NCBI GenBank assembly: GCA_016744065.1
Contig: JADGFA010000004.1
Span: forward strand, 64,559 to 128,558
Direction: 5' to 3'
DNA: 64,000 nucleotides
Source of the DNA: Gammaproteobacteria bacterium
GTDB lineage: Bacteria; Pseudomonadota; Gammaproteobacteria; SZUA-229
This document shows positions 61,302-64,000 of this stretch, piece after piece (the stretch's first letter is position 1; every line of letters begins with the position of its first letter). The notes under the pieces were generated by a model. It saw only the letters and a program-made list of their open reading frames with translations, did not search any database and was not told where the DNA came from. The translations under genes and the position numbers were made by a program.

Positions 61302-63008
61302 ATGCCACCAAATGTAAAACTGAGCGGGTTATCCCGCCGTCTGGTTCTTGATGGTCTGATAGACGATGAAACCGCATTAAGTGCTCAGACTAATTCGAAA
61401 AAAGAAAACCTTAATTTAAGCCAGTATCTTGTTAAGCAAAAACTGATCTCAGCCAATAAACTGGCGACAGTTGCTGCCAATGAATTTGGCATGCCTCTTT
61501 TCGATCTGGATTCACTGGATAAAGATTCAATTCCTGCTGGCCTGGTTGATGAAGCCCTTATAAAAAAACACCATACTATCCCTATTTATAAACGGGGAAA
61601 CAGACTCTATGTTGCTCTTGCAGAGCCCACTAATTTAATCGGTATAGATGAAATAAAGTTTCAGACCGGTATAAACACAGAAGCTGTTCTGGTAGAAGCA
61701 GACAAACTTAACAAATTAATAGAACGCGCCCTTGAGTCCAAAGACAGTGGTATGGATGATTTAATGGACGATGATCTGGATGATCTTGACTTTGAAGACG
61801 CAGAGGCAGAACCAGGTGATGATGCCTCATCATCCGATGCTGATGATACACCTGTTGTACGCTTCGTTAATAAAGTTCTCCTGGATGCCATTAAAAAAGG
61901 CGCTTCTGATATCCATTTTGAGCCTTATGAAAAACGTTACCGTGTGCGCCTGCGCATAGACGGAGTGCTTCGTGAAGTCGCCTCACCCCCCAACGCGATG
62001 GGTGGCCGACTATCAGCACGAATTAAAGTCATGTCACGTATGGATACTGCTGAACGACGCATACCACAGGATGGTCGAATTAAAATGCGTATATCAAAAA
62101 ACAAAGCCATTGATTTTCGCGTAAATACCTGCCCCACTTTGTTTGGTGAAAAAATTGTATTGCGTATTCTTGATGCCTCTGCAGCGAAACTGGGTATTGA
62201 TGCATTGGGGTACGAGCCTGAACAGAAACAAATTTATCTTGATGCACTGGATAACCCTTATGGCATGATCCTGGTGACCGGTCCAACGGGTAGTGGTAAG
62301 ACCGTATCACTTTACACCGGTTTAAATATTCTTAATACAGAAGATCGTAATATATCGACGGCTGAAGATCCGGTTGAAATTAATCTTGAAGGCATCAATC
62401 AGGTTAATATGAACCCAAAAGTTGGTCTGGACTTCAACTCTACCCTACGCGCATTTTTACGCCAGGATCCAGATATTATAATGGTAGGTGAAATACGTGA
62501 TCTGGAAACAGCCAGCATTGCAATCAAAGCAGCCCAAACGGGACATATGGTTATGTCCACTTTACATACCAATGATGCACCACAAACACTATCACGCCTT
62601 ATTAACATGGGCGTTCCTCCTTTCAATATTGCATCTGCAGTCAACCTGATTATTGCTCAACGACTTGCTCGACGTTTATGTGAAAACTGTAAAGTAGAAG
62701 AGAAAATACCCAATGAAACCTTGCTAGAAGAAGGTTTCCTGGAACAGGATATTAACGATGGTATCAAGCTTTACAAAGCCGTTGGCTGTGATCAGTGTGA
62801 CAAAGGCTATAAGGGCCGCGTTGGCATCTATCAGGTAATGAAAATTTCGGAAGAAATGGGGCGAATTATTATGCGCGAAGGCAACGCACTGGAATTAGCA
62901 GATCAGGCACAAAAAGAAGACATTGCAGATCTACGACAATCCGCACTAAAAAAAGCAAAAAGCGGTGTAACCAGCCTGGAAGAGATTAACCGGGTAACTA
63001 AGGATTAA
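61302..63008 (+). CDS. pilB: Type IV pilus assembly ATPase PilB
   Basis: N-terminus MPPNVKLSGLSRRLVLDGLIDDETA matches PilB (P. aeruginosa MNDSIQLSGLSRQLVQANLLDEKTA). Acidic linker. Walker A GPTGSGKTVS and tetracysteine motif. Confidence 0.95.
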   Translation: MPPNVKLSGLSRRLVLDGLIDDETALSAQTNSKKENLNLSQYLVKQKLISANKLATVAANEFGMPLFDLDSLDKDSIPAGLVDEALIKKHHTIPIYKRGNRLYVALAEPTNLIGIDEIKFQTGINTEAVLVEADKLNKLIERALESKDSGMDDLMDDDLDDLDFEDAEAEPGDDASSSDADDTPVVRFVNKVLLDAIKKGASDIHFEPYEKRYRVRLRIDGVLREVASPPNAMGGRLSARIKVMSRMDTAERRIPQDGRIKMRISKNKAIDFRVNTCPTLFGEKIVLRILDASAAKLGIDALGYEPEQKQIYLDALDNPYGMILVTGPTGSGKTVSLYTGLNILNTEDRNISTAEDPVEINLEGINQVNMNPKVGLDFNSTLRAFLRQDPDIIMVGEIRDLETASIAIKAAQTGHMVMSTLHTNDAPQTLSRLINMGVPPFNIASAVNLIIAQRLARRLCENCKVEEKIPNETLLEEGFLEQDINDGIKLYKAVGCDQCDKGYKGRVGIYQVMKISEEMGRIIMREGNALELADQAQKEDIADLRQSALKKAKSGVTSLEEINRVTKD

Positions 63009-63010
63009 AT

Positions 63011-64000
63011 ATGGCACAAAAAAAAATAGAAAAGGTCGCTTTTTCCTGGGAAGGTAAAAACAAGGAAGGACGGGTTCTAAAAGGGGTAATTAATGCGGCT
63101 AGTCTCGACCTGGTAAAAGCTCAGCTAAGAAAACAGGGCATAGTCCCCAAGAAAGTTCGTAAAAAATCAGCTGGCGCATTTGGTGGTAAAAAAGGAAAAC
63201 CCATAAAATCAGGTGATATTAGTGTTTTCAGCCGACAGATGGCAACCATGATGAAAGCAGGGGTTCCCTTAGTCCAGTCATTTGATATTGTGGCAGATGG
63301 TCACGCCAATAAAAATGTCTCTGAGTTAATTTACGCCATCAAATCAGATGTAGAAGCCGGTGGTACATTTGCTGATGCATTAAAAAGCCACCCTGCACAC
63401 TTTGATGATCTATTCTGCCACCTGGTTCAGGCAGGAGAGCAGTCAGGCGCACTTGAAACTTTACTAGAAAAAGTTGCTACTTATAAAGAAAAAACGGAAG
63501 CACTAAAAAATAAAATCAAAAAAGCAATGACCTATCCAATATCTGTTATGGTCGTTGCATTTATTGTAACCGTAATTTTGCTGATTTTTGTAATTCCAAC
63601 ATTCACAACTATGTTCGCAGGTTTTGGTGCTGATTTACCTGCATTCACCATGTTTGTAGTCGGCATATCTGACTTTATGGTTGAATGGTGGTGGGCTGTA
63701 TTTGGCTCTATATTTGCCGTAATGACTACCGTCGGACAAACACATAAACGCTCTAAAGCATTTCGCGATGCACTGGATCGAATATACCTGAAGCTCCCTG
63801 TTATTGGTGATCTTGTCCTTAATTCATCAGTAGCAAAATTTTCCAGAACATTAGCAACCATGTTTGCCGCAGGGGTTCCCCTGGTAGAGGCAATGGACTC
63901 TGTTGCTGGAGCAGCAGGTAATAATGAGTACGTAAAAGCCATTAATATCGTCAGAGATGATCTTGCCAGTGGCTTACAGTTACAAAGCAGCTTACAAAAT
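63011..64000 (+). CDS. pilC: Type IV pilus assembly platform protein PilC (3' end beyond the window)
   Basis: Open frame from the ATG at 63011 to the window end. GspF/PilC repeat motif ISVFSRQMATMMKAGVPLVQSFDIV. Absent from the ORF track for lack of an in-window stop. Confidence 0.8.
   Translation, partial: MAQKKIEKVAFSWEGKNKEGRVLKGVINAASLDLVKAQLRKQGIVPKKVRKKSAGAFGGKKGKPIKSGDISVFSRQMATMMKAGVPLVQSFDIVADGHANKNVSELIYAIKSDVEAGGTFADALKSHPAHFDDLFCHLVQAGEQSGALETLLEKVATYKEKTEALKNKIKKAMTYPISVMVVAFIVTVILLIFVIPTFTTMFAGFGADLPAFTMFVVGISDFMVEWWWAVFGSIFAVMTTVGQTHKRSKAFRDALDRIYLKLPVIGDLVLNSSVAKFSRTLATMFAAGVPLVEAMDSVAGAAGNNEYVKAINIVRDDLASGLQLQSSLQN

Overview
This 64 kb window comes from an AT-rich (about 40% GC by eye) gammaproteobacterial chromosome. 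By eye I found no rRNA, tRNA, CRISPR array, transposase or integrase.

Much of the window is conserved housekeeping synteny, partly E. coli-like and partly Pseudomonas-like:
- xseB-ispA-dxs
- queD-folE2
- dapA-bamC with gcvR and bcp
- feoABC
- proS
- arsC-wrbA-DUF2069
- hda, an AI-2E transporter, DUF2066, then purM-purN-DUF3108 and yjgA
- clpB, pgeF, rluD, bamD, nadE
- a type IV pilus regulatory and biogenesis block: PP0621-family gene, pilS, pilR, two pilin genes, pilB, pilC (the last truncated at the window end)

Between these blocks sit accessory genes that look more unusual:
- A full-length Tat-signal [NiFe]-hydrogenase small-subunit homolog with an extra C-terminal cytochrome-c-like CxxCH domain and no large-subunit gene anywhere nearby. 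It lies next to nnrS and a tiny Cys-rich ORF.
- A second, orphan GspE/PilB-family secretion ATPase directly downstream of a TolC-like, membrane-fusion-protein and thioredoxin-like gene set that has no inner-membrane pump.
- An extracytoplasmic FMN-binding protein with a flavinylation motif, paired with a PepSY-TM protein, next to feoABC and a porin.
- A bacterial MIF/tautomerase homolog.
- A TfpX/TfpZ-like gene wedged on the opposite strand between pilS and pilR.

Several regulatory elements are readable directly:
- a near-consensus Fur box before feoA
- a sigma-54 promoter with TGTCAC repeats before pilA
- a sigma-32-type promoter before clpB
- three clear intrinsic terminators

All functional calls rest on motif and similarity recognition by eye. 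No database search was run.
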